From positions 110,858,001-110,922,000 of the forward strand of contig NC_087436.1 in the NCBI RefSeq assembly GCF_036321535.1: a stretch of 64,000 nucleotides of DNA. The letters run 5' to 3'. Source of the DNA: Camelus dromedarius (lineage: Eukaryota). This document shows, in pieces, positions 39,450 through 53,092 of this stretch (position 1 is the first letter of the stretch; each line of letters starts with the position of its first letter). A program made the position numbers and the translations under genes. The notes beneath the pieces are model-generated. The model was given only the letters and a program-made list of their open reading frames with translations, did not search any database and was not told the origin of the DNA.

Positions 39450-39890
39450 CCTATCAGTTAATGATGATTACAATTGTTTATATAAGAATCTCAGCAGCAT
39501 ACAATAATATGGATTCATTTCTCTCATGGCTACAGGTAGACTAATTTACACTGGGCTCAGCTGAGCAATTTTATTGCTCTCACCTGGGCTCATTTACACA
39601 GCTGAAGGTCATCAGGGGGTCAGCGGATCCTAAACTGGCCTCAATGTCTCTCCTTCACTTGTCTATCATCCTGCTCCTATAACACGAGCAAGCTCAATCA
39701 TGCAGGCTTTTTTGAAGCCTTCGGTCATGTCATGCCTGTTTACATTCCATTCACAAAAGCACGTGTCTGGACCCAAAATAAAAGAGTAGGGAAATGTACT
39801 GCCTTTTTAGTGGGATAAACTGCAAAGTCATACAGCAATGAGTATGGATACATGGAGAAGGGAAGAATTAGGGTGATTAATGTGTTCTAC
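39450..39890 (-). mobile_element. MaLR LTR (MLT1H/I-like)
   Basis: 'ctgggctcagctgag...cattccattcacaaaagcacg...aactgcaaagtcatacagc'. Confidence 0.6.
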
Positions 39891-39902
39891 AAAAACGTAT
39901 CG

Positions 39903-40700
39903 TATGGGTAGAGAAAGGGAAAATTCTTTTTCCCTTTCTCTACTTTCAATACTTCTGATACCAGATGTGTGGGGGATTTTTTTCTCATTCCAAGCAATTG
40001 TCTGACACCAGCTGGGTGTCCTACAATTCAATTCAATTCTGACCCAACCTGGAGATAGCGTTATACCCCAAGGGGTAAAGACTTGGTCCTACAAGACTGT
40101 CCCTTCACTTCAGACACCAGCTGCAAGTCCAGGTTCACTGTGCTTATGACCCACCGGCTGTGACTCAGAGGTTCTCATCACCCCCTCCTCAAATTTGATA
40201 ATTTCCTAGAGTGGCTCACAGAACTCAGGAAAAGAATTCACTTACTAGATTACTGATTTATTATAAAAGGATATGCAGATGCCTAGGGTAGGGCATGGAG
40301 GAAGCAGCACAGAGCTTCCATGCCCTCTCCTCGCGCGCTACCCTCCCAGCACCAACCAAAAGCTCTTTGAACCCCATACTTGAGTGATTTTTATGGACGT
40401 TTTTCATTATATAGCCATGATTGATTAAATTGTTGGTCATCAACCTCTGGCCTCTCTCCTTTCCCCTGAAATCAAGGGGTGGGACTGAAAATTCCAACCC
40501 TCTAATCACAGGGTTGGTTCCCCTAGCAATCAGCACATATCCTTAAGGGCTTTCCAAAAGTCACTGCATTAATATAAACTCAGGTGTGGCTGAAACAAGC
40601 TTGCTATAAATAACAAAAGACACTTTTATCACTCTTATCACTTAGGAAATTCCAAGAGTTTTAGAACCGAATGTGTATTATTATAAATCACAATATTACA
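39903..40700 (-). mobile_element. MER21-family LTR
   Basis: 'gacaccagctgggtgtcctacaattcaattcaattctgac...gagtggctcacagaactcagg...aaatcacaatattaca'. Confidence 0.8.
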
Positions 40701-41178
40701 AATAAATACACAAATTCTCATACACACAAACACACTCTGATTCTGCTGTCTCCTGCTCCTGTCTGTCACTCCCCTTAAGATGTCCTTCCTCAACCTGATT
40801 CAGATATAGTTGTAGCTACACTGGTATAGTAAAAGCAGAGACTAGGAGTCAGCCAACATATTCATATTCTAGATAAGTCACTAATCAACTATGTAATCAA
40901 TGAGAGCTTTGGAAATAATCTCTTCAAGTTTCTTCCCAACTCCTAGTTCTCAGTTCTGTGTTTAGATAACCTTCCCATCACTCCCATCCACCTTCCCACA
41001 ACCATCAGACATTATCTTCATTCATTTGTTCAGCAAACATCAACTGGGTACCTTTTGTACATTAGGACCTGTTCCAGGAACTGGGAATTCAGAGAAATAC
41101 TAAGCCAATCCCCATCTTCCAGGAATCACAATCTAGTACATAAAACAGACAACTAAAGCAACAATGCCAATGACAATT

Positions 41179-41793
41179 TGTAGTGCTAGTGCCTGGCAAT
41201 TAGCTTTTTGACTGTAATGTAAGTGCCTGACATTTAGCTTTCGATTGCCCAGGCACCCATTTCAAAGACATTCATCTCTAATAAATATATTACCAACTAC
41301 ACAACTAGATTAAGAGACAGGCGACCCCAACCATGAAGTTCCCCTCTTGGAAAAACCTTGGTTGACTTAGATAACTGACCACTTGAGTGACTTTGCTTTT
41401 CCCTTCCTGCACTTTAATTCTCACTTCTGTTTTAAATTCACCAATAAAGAGTCAACCCACAAAACTGTCAGCACCCCACCTTTGACCCCAAAAAAGGCAA
41501 AATCCAAGGTCTGCTTGCTCTCGCTCTTGCTCTCTCTCTCTCCCCAACCCTGTATGGCCCTGGGCATGCCCTGTACCCTCCAGGTCCTATGAGTAATAAA
41601 CATTTTTTTAAGTCCCTGGTGGTTGTTCCTAAAGTCCGTCTTGCAATCATAAGAAGAATCACAGGGGCCAATCGAGCCACGCATTGGCTCCGGACAGAAA
41701 TGTCTGTGAGGGCTCACCACAAGTGGTACAGGCTCAGGTGAGTGCCTCAGGCATTCCCAGCTGACACCATCACCATCAATTGAGACTGACACA
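41179..41793 (+). mobile_element. ERV solo LTR (MER73/MER74-like) inserted into an L2 fragment
   Basis: TG..CA ends; 'gagtaataaac' poly(A) signal; ends 'gagactgacaca'; L2 (-) sequence on both sides. Confidence 0.6.
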
Positions 41794-42039
41794 AAACACA
41801 AGTGCTTTGATAAAGTTCCGACAGGGAGCTACTTAAGCCTAAAGGAAGGGCATTTAAACCCAATTGCCTGTTTGCTGTTACACTGCATACTGGTGAGAGA
41901 TGCTAGGTGATGTGTTCAATTGCTATAAAATTCTCAAGTAATCTAACCTTTGCTATCTCCAAGATATGACAGACCTATCTTCTATCCTCAAAATACCAAA
42001 TGGGTTGTGAGCATATTTTAATGAAGAAAAGGTAGAATT

Positions 42040-42575
42040 TGAGCATTTCTACTTACATTTCATTGGTGAAAATTTGGTCATATGGCCATGCTAGCTGCAA
42101 AAGAGGCTAGGAAATGAGTTATCTAGCTGGTTGCCCATGTCTTGATAAGTTTTGGAGCATGGAATTCAATGTTAAAAAACAGAAGAAATGGAGAATAAAT
42201 ATTGGGTACAATTAGTAGTTTCTGTCACAAAAAAACTACCCTTAACTTCCCTAGAACCCAGGTTTCTTCTATATCTTGTGCCTGCACCATTATCACCATG
42301 TGGCTTCCATCTTATCATCCAATAAGGCTGAACCATCCCCTGTCATCCTGGCCACATTCCAGTCAACAGAAGATGGGAAAAGTGGGATGGTATAGGCCTT
42401 CCTTTTAAGGGAATGCCCTAAAAGTTGCAAGTGTCATCCTCTTATATCACTACACCTGAACATAGCTGCAAGAGAGGCTAGGAAATGTAATCTATGAATT
42501 AGCTGGCCACAATTCCAATGGTAAATTTCTATTACCAAGAAAGAAAATGAATAGACAGATGATTCAATTTCTGCC
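42040..42575 (-). mobile_element. Two MLT1J/L-like MaLR fragments
   Basis: Both contain 'gctgcaa(a/g)agaggctaggaaatg'. Confidence 0.55.
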
Positions 42576-43039
42576 AAGAAACCAGGAATAAGATAAACCA
42601 TAATTGGGTGTCTGGGGAAAAAAACTAGGTGGGCTAAACAGGCTGTTTTCACTTCAGAGTCAAAGCAAATGGTTAAGCCTCATCATATGTGTGAATGTCT
42701 GATTAAATGTATGCATGTAGAAACAAAAACTGTAACAAAGGAATGTTCACAGGTTATTCCACTCCCTCCTCAGGTGCAAAAATTTCCTAAAATTGCCTGT
42801 CCAGTCCTCCTTCTTACTTCTTCTATGAAAGAAAGATTCTTTTGTGCTAAAAGGAAACCTAAGCTGATGTTCATAATAAAATGCTGAGTGGGAGTTAGAA
42901 GGGAAGAATGTGTAATAAAGCTAATCAGACTAGACCTGATTAACAGGAAGAAACTTTCAAGAGAACTAAAGAATGAGTTGAGTGACCTATGGAGATGAGA
43001 GAAGAGGAAAGAGGATTCTAATGAGCTCTAAAAAATCTA

Positions 43040-43599
43040 TAGCATTAATTTTTCTATTAATGCATAACTAATTAACTTATAACCCTTGAGACTTAACACA
43101 AATTTATTACCTCACAGTTTCCTTGGGTCAAGAGTCCAGGTACAATGTAAATGGACCTTCTGTTCAGCATTTTAGATAGCTACAATCAAGGTGTCAGCTG
43201 TACTGCAGTACTCATTTGGAGCATGGGATTCTTTTCCAAGCACATTCACTTATTCAGTGTTGCCTGAATTCAATTCTTTGTGGCTGTAAGAATGAAAAAG
43301 TCCACATTTTCTTGAAAGCTGTTCGTGGCTGGGGACTACTCTCAGTGCCTAGAGGTCACCCATAGTTCTTGCCTTATGTCTTACAGCATGGGTTAATTTG
43401 CTTTCTTCCAGGCCACCACTTCTCCTTCTAGAAGTTCACCTGATTAGGTCAGGCCCATCCAGGATAGTCCTTTGATAAGTCAAATGATAAGTAACCTAAT
43501 ATTCACTGTCTCACCTACACAAGGGGACAGAGACTACAAAATACATGTAAACCAGACAGTAAGAATCATGGGGGCTATCTTAAAATACTGCCTACTGCA
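43040..43599 (-). mobile_element. MaLR LTR (MLT1D/E-like)
   Basis: 'aaatttattacctcacagtttcc...caatcaaggtgtcagc...tgattaggtcaggccc...ctgcctactgca'. Confidence 0.7.
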
Positions 43600-45439
43600 C
43601 TGTATGTTTGAATCCTCTTAATATTAAGAAATAAGAGCAAAGCATGGAATTCCTTTTTACTTAAATTTATTTATCAAATTGTTTTATCAACACTGCTGGA
43701 AAACCAAACACTGGCCCTCAGGGTTTACAAAAGGAAGATTTCATAAACAGCAGGTCTTGAACCATGGGAAATGCTGAATAACTTGTAGCAGGTCTGTGTG
43801 TCTCTGAAACTCTAGTTTCAGATGCTGTAGTATTAGACTTTCTGATTATATCCTCTCAAATAAATTCAGTCAAATATAAGGAAAAATACCAATATTTGTA
43901 TTTGGAAAATGAACATTTTTCAGATATATCAAAATTGCCTATGTAGAGCCAAAAAGAAAGATGTATCCTTATGAGAGGAAATATTTAATATTTTTATATA
44001 CCACTTATTGTACAACGTGTGGTGACTAAGTTTATTTGTGCTTCAAAGATTTCTTAAAATATTAATTGGAGATTAACGCTAAGAAAATCTGAAACAGCCA
44101 CTGTCAAAATGATGTTTGAAAGTATGTTATCAATTTTTTTATAAATTCAATATCAAAAAACCTTAAAATGTATTAATGGCCTAATTTCCTGTATTTTGAT
44201 ATACTTCAATATTCACAATGATATCTGAATATTTGCTTTATTTTCTTCATTTTCACAGAGAGGGAAGCAAATACTCAGGTTAGATGACTTCAAGACCACA
44301 CTCAGGAAGCAAACAAACCTAGAATATTCAACTACACGGTCCTTATATTTTTGGGCTATGCCACAGTGGTTTCTCAATCATTTATCCATCCATTCATTCA
44401 GCAAATGTTTCTTCAGTGCCTGTTATGTTTCAAGAATGGCCATAAGCTCTGGGCAATATAGTGGTAAACAAATAAGTTTAAACTTTGCCTTCATGGAACT
44501 ACTAGTCTGGTGCATTCAATCCAGCTTGAATTCTTCCTCCTTTCTTAAGCCTCCTCTCGTCCATGTAAGTACAACTAATTCCCTCATCTGTGTGTCCAGA
44601 GCTTGTTATACTTAGTACTCTGAAAGTACACAGCACGTTGTGTCATGATTTACAGTATCCCAGACAATAGGCCAAGCAAGGTGCCTTCCAGGCTCCCTTC
44701 CCAGGATGCCTGCCAAGCTAATGGGGCTCACGTCTGTCACACACCATAGGATATAGAGGAAAGGAAGGGAAGGAACACACAACCTGAGTTGATTGTCACT
44801 TTCAAAGAAGGAAAGGAAGGCCATACCATACTAAATCAATGAGAATGCTAAACAGGAAACTCAAGCAACACACAAGAGAAGCTTATGAGTTTAAAACACA
44901 TTTTAACTGCCAGAAAGAAATTGAGTCACTGAAAGTTGCCATCATCTCCTCTCTTGCAGCAATAACTTTTATTCCATCACAATGGCATCTTCAATAAACG
45001 CTCTTTTAACACATTATTTCGCTGGTTTATTGTCTGTCACTAGAATTTAACATTTTTCTCCACAGCTCAAGAGATTCTCCAGAGGGTAATACATAAAAGC
45101 AGTAGGTTTCCTATGAACTCCTGGCTACTATTCATTTAAACCCCCGTGTATTTTCTTGTTCCTCTGACTCTGAATTATATTGGCTCGGAAAATTCGGTAT
45201 AATGCCATATTCAAACAGTTATCCATTAAGAAAATCTTTGTCACCAAAAATTAATAACATAATATGGCATAATACAACATGACATAACATTAAGAGTTTC
45301 AGTAAGAAAAAATAAGCTTACACAAGGTGCCCTTCTTTCTGAAAACTAAAAGACACCTATGGTGATTTGTTCTTAGGGGAAAGATTGACTTCTGGATGCT
45401 TGAATTTGGTATTAAAGTAAGAAGTTATTAACAACTAGG

Positions 45440-45642
45440 TATATATGCCTCCACGTATAAGCTCTGGGACTCTGGCAAATCACTTAACTTTTTTACAGAT
45501 TCAGTTCTCTTATCTATGGAATGGAGGAAATAATAAAATCTATGAAGTAGAGCTGTTGTAAGGGTTAAATGAACAATGCATATAAAGTATGTTGCTCAGT
45601 AACTGACAGAAGACACCTCTCATTAAATGTTAGCTATTTTTA
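45440..45642 (+). mobile_element. MIR SINE
   Basis: 'ggcaaatcacttaac...gttgtaagggttaaatga...taaatgttagctatt'. Confidence 0.7.
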
Positions 45643-46589
45643 TTTAATGTATACATACTAAGTATACATTACTTTCTGTATGTAGCAACCAGGCTCTTCA
45701 GAAAGACTCTGAGATACAAAATTAGGAAAAAGTCCACCTAAGTTCTTTCCTAAGGAGCAATATTTCCTGCTGCTGGAAGAAAACGTTGCATATAATCTTG
45801 CTCAAATCTTTTATTAGATTCTTGCTGGACTAATGGGGCCTCTTCTGAATTTGGTATTTAGAATACTCTCTCAATTTATTCTTTACAGAACTCAGTGACA
45901 TTCCATTTTCCATGGCTACGTGATTTCAATATCCATTATCTATAATTTTCTGTCTTCCTAGAAGAATTCTCATTGGTTACCACTCCTAACTGGGCCTTCT
46001 CTTTATTTCTCAATATTTACTTCTTTGGCAAAATATTCTTATTTTGCTTACAAATTATTCTCCCTATGTGCAGTCAGAGTTCTGACAACTGTGACACTCT
46101 TATTACCCTAATCCAGGCCAGCTACTCAGCCTGACCACCTGCTAATCATTTCATTAGACCCATTGTTTCAAGGAAATCCTTTTCTGCACTATTTATAGAT
46201 TTAGAACATGAGTGTTTGACAAACAAGGCATAAGGAAAACATTAAAAGGCAGAAGAAGATAACAGAGCTCCTGTTAAATGAATTAATGCCACAAATTTTA
46301 GGCAAACATATTTTTAAGAGATTATTCCAGGTGCAGACTGGAAACAGAATTTTGACAAGTATTTATTAATCCCCAGCATTATGCCAAGCACTCAAATGAG
46401 TGCTGAGGACACAGTTGTATACAAGACATACGTGGTCTCTGTCCTCACAGAGCTTGGAGTTCAGGGGATGAGCAGAAAAGACAAACGCCAAACTAGTAAT
46501 TATAGTACAATAAATTGTGAAGGCAGGGTTGAGGTAAGCACCAGGAGTTACCAGAGTGAGGCAGAAAAAGTCATCTCTTCAACAAATAT

Positions 46590-46945
46590 TACAACTTATT
46601 TCCCCCCAAAATTCATACTGAAGCCCTAACCTCCATTTTTCCCATGATGTTTGAGGGTGAAGCTTTTGGGAGATAATTAGGTTTAGATGAGATCATGAGA
46701 GTGGAGCCCCATGACTGCACTAGTGTCCGTACAAGAAGAGACCGGAGCTCACTTTCTCTCCAGCATATGAGGACACGGTGAGAAAGAGGCTGTCTGCAAG
46801 CCAGGAAGAGGGCCTTCACCAAGTCAAACCTGCCAGCATCTTGATCTCGGACTTCCTAGCCTCCAGCACTGTGAAGAATAAATGTCTGTTTAAGCCCCCA
46901 GTCTGTGGTATTTTCACTGTAGCAGCCTGAGCTGATTAAAACCAC
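46590..46945 (+). mobile_element. MLT1A-type MaLR solo LTR
   Basis: 'cccccaaaattcatactgaagccctaacc...ggctgtctgcaagccaggaagagggcc...agcagcctgagctgattaa'. Confidence 0.85.
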
Positions 46946-46967
46946 TCCCACTGACAGCGTAAGGCGG

Positions 46968-47200
46968 CGCTACTCAAAAGTGTGGGCCATGGCCTAGTAC
47001 CCGTAACTTTTTTGTTACTGGTCCATGATGAGACTAAACACAGAAACAGAAAGTTTAAGTGTTCAGAAACTTACAGAATTTTGGTAAAATAATTTTATGT
47101 CTGCTAAATTTTAATAAACTGATCTATCACTTTTAATTCATTTTTAAATATAATATTTTATTTTACTTTACAAAACATTGGTCTGCAGTGGATTGTAAAT
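46968..47200 (+). mobile_element. hAT-Charlie fragment (Charlie4-like)
   Basis: 'gctactcaaaagtgtgggcc...tttgttactggtccatgatgag...cattggtctgcagtggatt'. Confidence 0.55.
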
Positions 47201-47519
47201 AGAAGTACCAGCTCTTCTCCACAATTGACTTAAAAGGCCACACCCAGCAGACTACACTTTCCATTCTCTCCTTGTGTCTAGGCAGAGCCTGGGACAAGTC
47301 CTCCCCAGCGGTGTGTGAGAATGGACATGCACCGTCTCTGTGCCAACACCGGAATGAGGTACTGTGCCTTCTCCACACTCTCCCTCCCTTCCTTCATCAG
47401 CTACACATAGACAATGCCAAAGTCTGAGGGACAGTAAAGCCATAAAGAGGAATCTAGTTCCTAAATCACCATGGATAGGAAAGCTGCTCACTGACCAAGA
47501 AAAATCTATATTATGTGAG

Positions 47520-47968
47520 CATTATAAGTTGAATTATGCTGAAGCCATAACTCCCAGTACCTCAGAATGTGAGCTTATTTGGAAATAAGGGTCTTCATGG
47601 GGGTAATCAATTTAAAATGAAGCCATTAGATCAGGCCCAATCTGATATGACTGGCATGCTGAATAAAAGGAGAAATTTAGACACAGAGACAGACACACAG
47701 GGGAAAGACAAGGTAGAAACACACAGGAAGAAAATGGTATATAACTGGAGTGATGGATCTACAAGTCAAGGAACACCAAGGATTACCAGCAAATACCAGA
47801 GGCTAGAAATCGCAAGAAGGATTCTTGTGGCCCTCAGAGCCATCAGAGAGAATATCTGACACATTGATTTCAGATTTCTAGGCTCCAGAACTGAGACAAT
47901 AATTTTCTGTTGTTTTAAGCCATTGCGGTTTTGGTTCTTTGTTACATGAGCCCTAGGAAATTGATACA
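47520..47968 (+). mobile_element. MLT1B/C MaLR solo LTR
   Basis: 'cccagtacctcagaatgtgagcttatttggaaataaggg...ctccagaactgagacaataa...ccctaggaaattgataca'. Confidence 0.85.
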
Positions 47969-48494
47969 ATGAGTAAGAAATAAGCTACATAAAACTACTT
48001 AAATGGGGAAGTTGAATTGGTTAGCATGACCCTAACTAATGCAGAGAATGTATTGTAAACAAGTCCAATGTAGACTACATGGTCAAGGACACTATCCCCG
48101 CAGTTGAGGCATTTAACAGAGATCTGAGAAATGAGGGAGAGGGTTCTGGGATAGTGAAAACAGCTGATCACAGCAGAAAAGCTTTTCAGGTAGAAGAACA
48201 GCATGTAAGATAGCCCTGAGACAGAACAGAATATGGTGGCCAGAAACTAAAAAAGGTCCAGTGTATCAGGAGCATGGAGAGCAGGAAGATGGAGGGATGG
48301 AAGAACACAGGAGGTAGGTAGGTGGACAGAGATCAGAGACTCTGGGTGAGAGCTTGAGCCAGAGGGGTGTGTGTCAGTAGCATCAGGGACAACAACAGGG
48401 TCCACAGACAGTCATGGAAAAGAGGAACTGTTCATTGGTTCTGATCCAGTCAGGAAGTTGCTTCACATACAAAAAAGTCAGAATTAATTAACCT

Positions 48495-48518
48495 CTCACC
48501 CTCACCCTCACCCTCACC
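48495..48518. repeat. (CTCACC)4 hexamer repeat
   Basis: Read directly. Confidence 0.85.
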
Positions 48519-48662
48519 CCCTGTCAGTGCTCAAGTCTACAGGGACCTGCAGGAGAGAAGACAGATGCTGCTGAGAACACAGAGCCACACAGCAGCATCC
48601 CTGAGCAGCCAGTGCTTTGAAAAGAACATTGAAGAAAAGCAATAAAAACTGTGGTTAGAAAT

Positions 48663-49020
48663 TGTCTTAGTCTATTCAGATAACTATAACAAAATACAAG
48701 AGACTGAGTGACTTAAAAACAACAGAAATTCATTTCTCACAGTTCTGGAGACTGTCCAAGATCAAGGTGCCAGAATGGTCGGGAACTGGTGAGAACCTTC
48801 TTCATGGTGTGCAGGCTTCTCATTGTATCCTCACGTGGTGGGAAAGAGGGTGAGAGGGTTCTCTGGGGTCCCTTTTCTAAGGGCACTAATCCCAGTCAGG
48901 AGTGTTCGTCCCTCATGATCTAATTACCTCCCAAAGGCCGCATGTCCTAATACAATCACTTTGGAGGTTAGAATTTCAATATGCATGTTTTGGGGGAACA
49001 GAAACATTCAGACCATAGCA
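48663..49020 (-). mobile_element. MLT1A-type MaLR solo LTR
   Basis: 'tgtcttagtc...catttctcacagttctggag...cattcagaccatagca'; flanks gaaat/gaact look like a TSD with one mismatch. Confidence 0.88.
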
Positions 49021-49091
49021 GAACTTAAAACACCAAACAACTGAAGAAGTAGAAATTGAAAATTCTCCAAACTGTCCTAAACTTAATAGTT

Positions 49092-49536
49092 TGTATTGGT
49101 CAGTGTTCTTCAGAGAAGCAGAACCAACAGGGTACATATAGTTATATATATGAAAAGATTTATTATAGGAATTGGTCCACATGGTTATGGAGGTCAAGAA
49201 GTCCCACAATCTGCTGTCTGCAAGTTACAGAACCAGGAAAGTGAGTGGAATAATTCAGTCCAAGTCCAAAGAGAACCAAAGGAGCCAATGCATAAGTCCT
49301 GGAGCCCCAAAACTCAAGAACCAGGAGCTCTGCTGTCTGAGGGCAGGAGAAGATGGACGAACAGCTCAAGAGGAGAAAGAGTTCACCCTTCCTCCACTTT
49401 TCTGTTTTATCTGAGCCCCCAACAGACTGAACAATGCCCACCCACATTTGTGAGGGTGGATCTTTGCTCATCTTCAAAATCATCTTCTAGGCATTCTTGA
49501 GCCCAGTCAAGCTGACACATAACATTACTCATCACA
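49092..49536 (-). mobile_element. MLT2 (ERVL) solo LTR
   Basis: 'tgtattggtcagtgttcttcagagaagcagaaccaacagg...gcccagtcaagctgacacataacattactcatcaca'. Confidence 0.85.
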
Positions 49537-49856
49537 ACCAAGAAAGCAGCTTTTCCGTGACCAACTGGTGTGGGAGGTGGGTCAACAGAGACTAAAGGAA
49601 TGGAGAGTGCTAGTCAGCCTGGAGCAGTGCCTTTTGCTTGGCAATGCAAGGTCAAGGGCTGCACTAGTTCTTAGTGAGAAGAGACGGGAAGTTCATATCC
49701 AGTTATTATTGACAATGAACTAAAATGTAATTACGGTTAGGTTTATACATAGTAAATAAACCGTAAACATTTCTCATTTGCTAATATGGATTCACTAGTA
49801 ACCCTTCAATTATCTTCATAAAAGTTTCTAATTAAAGAACCTCCTCAGATAGTGTT

Positions 49857-50018
49857 TTTTTATTTATTTATTTTTAATTTTCATTTAGTCTTTAAAGTTT
49901 ATTTTATTTGGGGGGGGTGATTAGGTTTATTTATTTATTTAAATGGAGGTACTGGGGATTGAACCCAGGACCTAGGGCATGCTGGGCAAGCACTCTACCA
50001 CTGAACTATACCCTCCCC
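49857..50018 (-). mobile_element. Camelid tRNA-derived SINE (Vic-1-like)
   Basis: Minus strand reads ggggagggtatagttcagtggtagag...ggtcctgggttcaatccccagtacctcc (A and B boxes), then an A-rich tail; TSD-like tcagatagtgtt (49845-49856) / ttagacagtgtt (50019-50030). Confidence 0.85.
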
Positions 50019-51029
50019 TTAGACAGTGTTAATTAAAACAGTAATAGTAACAATAATATCCAAATGATGTTGACTCCATAAACAACTGTATTCAAATTTT
50101 GAAGTCCAGAGTGGCTAAAACAGCTAAGCAACCCACTTATAAAAATGCTATAAAATGCTCCAAAATATATTCCCAACTGTATGTGCTACATGCTACGACA
50201 GGTCTTCATGTTCATCCTCGGCACACAGTCCACTTTGCACTTTTCTATGACTCTGTTTGCATGTCTGTTGTTTCTTTCCCCTCACTAATGAGTTGTTTTC
50301 AAAACCAATATCCTAAAGGCCAACCCTGATGTAAAGGAATTAGTCATTATTTTCATGCATAAAGAACAAAGTTTCCTTTCCCCTGACTGTTGGCACAACA
50401 CTTTCCCCCACACTCCCACCTCAAAATGCTCATGCCAAAAATGTTGATCTCACAAATGGAGACATTTGCTATAAGTGAAACAAACAGAGGAGGTTATTGT
50501 GTTTTGAAATTTGGGAATCTGGAACTTTTAAATTCCATCTCAGAAGATCAGCCAAGGCTAAAGCAAGCTGTGCATTTGAATTCCTTGGATGGGGACCACC
50601 TGTTCTTGGTGAACTCTGATGAATCTGTTCCCACAAAACTTCTCTTATTGTGCCTTTGTCATGTACACACACTCTGGGCATTTTGCAGATGTTTGTGGAA
50701 TAAAGGAAGGAAGCCAGGGAAGGAAGGAAGGAGAAAGGGAGGGTGGAAAGAAGGGAAGACAAGCTGGCAAGGAGGCAGGAAAGGAAAAAGAAAAGGTGTA
50801 CATGTAAGAAAAAGAGTGCATACTGAGCTAGAACACTGCAGCTGAATCTTCTGACAGCAGATCACTCTGAAGCATCAAGGCCATGACTGCAGAGAAGATA
50901 GGCAACAAAAAGGAAAACTTTTCTTCCCTTTTAATGTCACTCCAATGTCAAACAATACAGTGCTCTCTGAATTTCACATAGAAGTGGGTACTAGGTACTA
51001 AAAGCAGCTTACAGTTCTCAGGAGAGAGA

Positions 51030-51355
51030 AACAAACTCTTCCCTGTCCTAGGGTCTGCCTCAGCTTTTCCTCTACTTGGGTGTTGTTTCCTCAAATCTCC
51101 ATCTACCTGTCTCCTTCTTGCCATTTAGGTTTTAAATCAAAGGTAATCTCCTTGATGAGAACTTCCCTGACCACCCACTGGTAAAATTAATTGCCCCTCT
51201 ACCTGATTCTCATTTTAGTGCTCATCACTAGCTAGTATTTTTGTTTGTTTAGCATCTGTCTACCACTGCTAGAATATAAGCCTCATGAGAACGGGGATTT
51301 TGCTCCAAGGTCATCTTTTCTGCTGTATAGCCATGGTGCCTAGAAGAATGCTGAA
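51030..51355 (+). mobile_element. L2 3' region
   Basis: 'cttccctgaccaccc...ctagaatataagcctcatgagaacgggg...ggtgcctagaag'. Confidence 0.7.
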
Positions 51356-52292
51356 AACAAAGAAGGCTTAACTGCTCGTAAGTTGCTGATTTTCCATTAC
51401 TTTTTCTTTAAAGGAAGGTGAAAGTATCTGTGGCCTACGACATAGATTCCCACCATCTTTTCTTGTTTCAGATCCACTTTGGAGTCAAAATTAGTATTTG
51501 TAAGTATTGACTTCTAAATTATCAGTCTTCTTGTTTTCCCACAGATCACTTATTCCTGTTAAACTTCTAAAGGGCTGAAGAGTACCTTTAATATTATAAA
51601 TTTTTATAGGAATTTATGGATTTTTTAAATAAGTGAAGAATGTGTATGTGTGTATACTTTTCTTTATAAAGAAATAAGCATATTTCACAAATTTAAGCCC
51701 CGAAAACAGAATTTTGGTAACTCAGGCAAGTTTTTCAGAGTAACTCAATCAACAGCAGTATTTCAGCACATATAGACAAAAAAAAAAAAAAGATGTTTAC
51801 CAAATAGATAAATGCCCAGTTGGGTAAGAAGTCCTATGTATTATAAATTTACAGCTGAAAATTCTCAGAAATCCATGAATTATACAGATTTTATGCAACT
51901 GTTTTTTCTATCATTCAACAGTTTCCATAGCAACTTTGGCATTAGATTGTGTATATGCTACCTTGAAGACACAAAGCGTTATTCTCTCTAATCTATTTAA
52001 AGGGAAGTACTATGTTATTTCTCAGTGTTATGTTCTGTCTGTTTAGAGAAAAAAATACACTGCCATCCTACACAATGCTGTTGTGTTAGTTTCATGTTGC
52101 TCAGCTTATGTAGTTTTGATTTCTGTTAAAACTTTCAAGTTGTTAAAAAAAATAGGGCAAGATAATGATTAAAAATTAAAATGTTTTCCTTACTGGTGAG
52201 AAGGAAATTTTAATAAGAGTGGAAGAAGAAAGAATATGAAAAACAAATTTCAAACCTATACTCTTAAGATTGCAATGGATTAAAAATGAGGA

Positions 52293-53074
52293 TAAATGTT
52301 GGAGAGGGTGTGGAGAAAAGGGAACCCTCCTACACTGCTGGTGAGAATGTAGCTTGGTGCAGTCATCATGGAAAATAGTATGGAGATTCCTCAAAAAACT
52401 AAAAATAGACTTACCATATGATCCAGCAATCCCACTCCTGGGCATATGTCTGGAGGGAACTCTAATTTGAAAAGATACGTGCACCCCAATGTTCCTAGTA
52501 GCACAACATACAATAGCCAAGACATGGAAGCAACCTAAATGTCCATCAACAGATGACTGGATAAAGAAGGTGTGGTATATTTATACAAAGGAATACTACT
52601 CGTCATAAAAAAGAATAAAATAATGCCATTTGCAGCAACATGGATGGACCTGGAGATTGTCATTCTAAGTGAAGTAAGCCAGAAAGAGAAAGAAAAATAC
52701 CATTTGATATCACTCATACGTGGAATTTGAAAAAAAAGAAAAGAAAAGAAAAAGAAAATAGAGGACACAATGAACTCATCTATAAAACAGAAACAGATTC
52801 ACAGACATAGTAAACAATCTTATGGTTCCTGGAGGAGAGGATTTGAGAAGGGATAAATTTCGGAGTTTGAGATTTGCAAATGTTAACTACTATACATAAA
52901 AATACGTAAAAAACAAATTTCTTCTGCGTAGCACAGGGAACTATATTCAATATCTTGTCATAACCTTTAATGAAAAAGAATATGAAAATGAATACATGTT
53001 AATATATGTATGACTGGGACATTATGCCATACACCAGAAACTGACACATTGTAACTGACTATACTTCAATTTTC
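52293..53074 (+). mobile_element. Young L1 3' fragment A
   Basis: 'aaatgttggagagggtgtggagaaaagggaaccctcc...gtaactgactatacttcaat'; flanked by aaaaatgagga. Confidence 0.9.
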
Positions 53075-53092
53075 AAAAATGAGGACATGCAT

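Noticed and set aside
49945..50018. tRNA gene
   Set aside because: The tRNA-like sequence is diverged and has an A-rich tail and TSDs, so it is a SINE head.
50390..50845. 151-aa ORF
   Set aside because: It has a non-ATG start, its 3' part runs through a GGAA low-complexity tract, and it has no recognisable domain.
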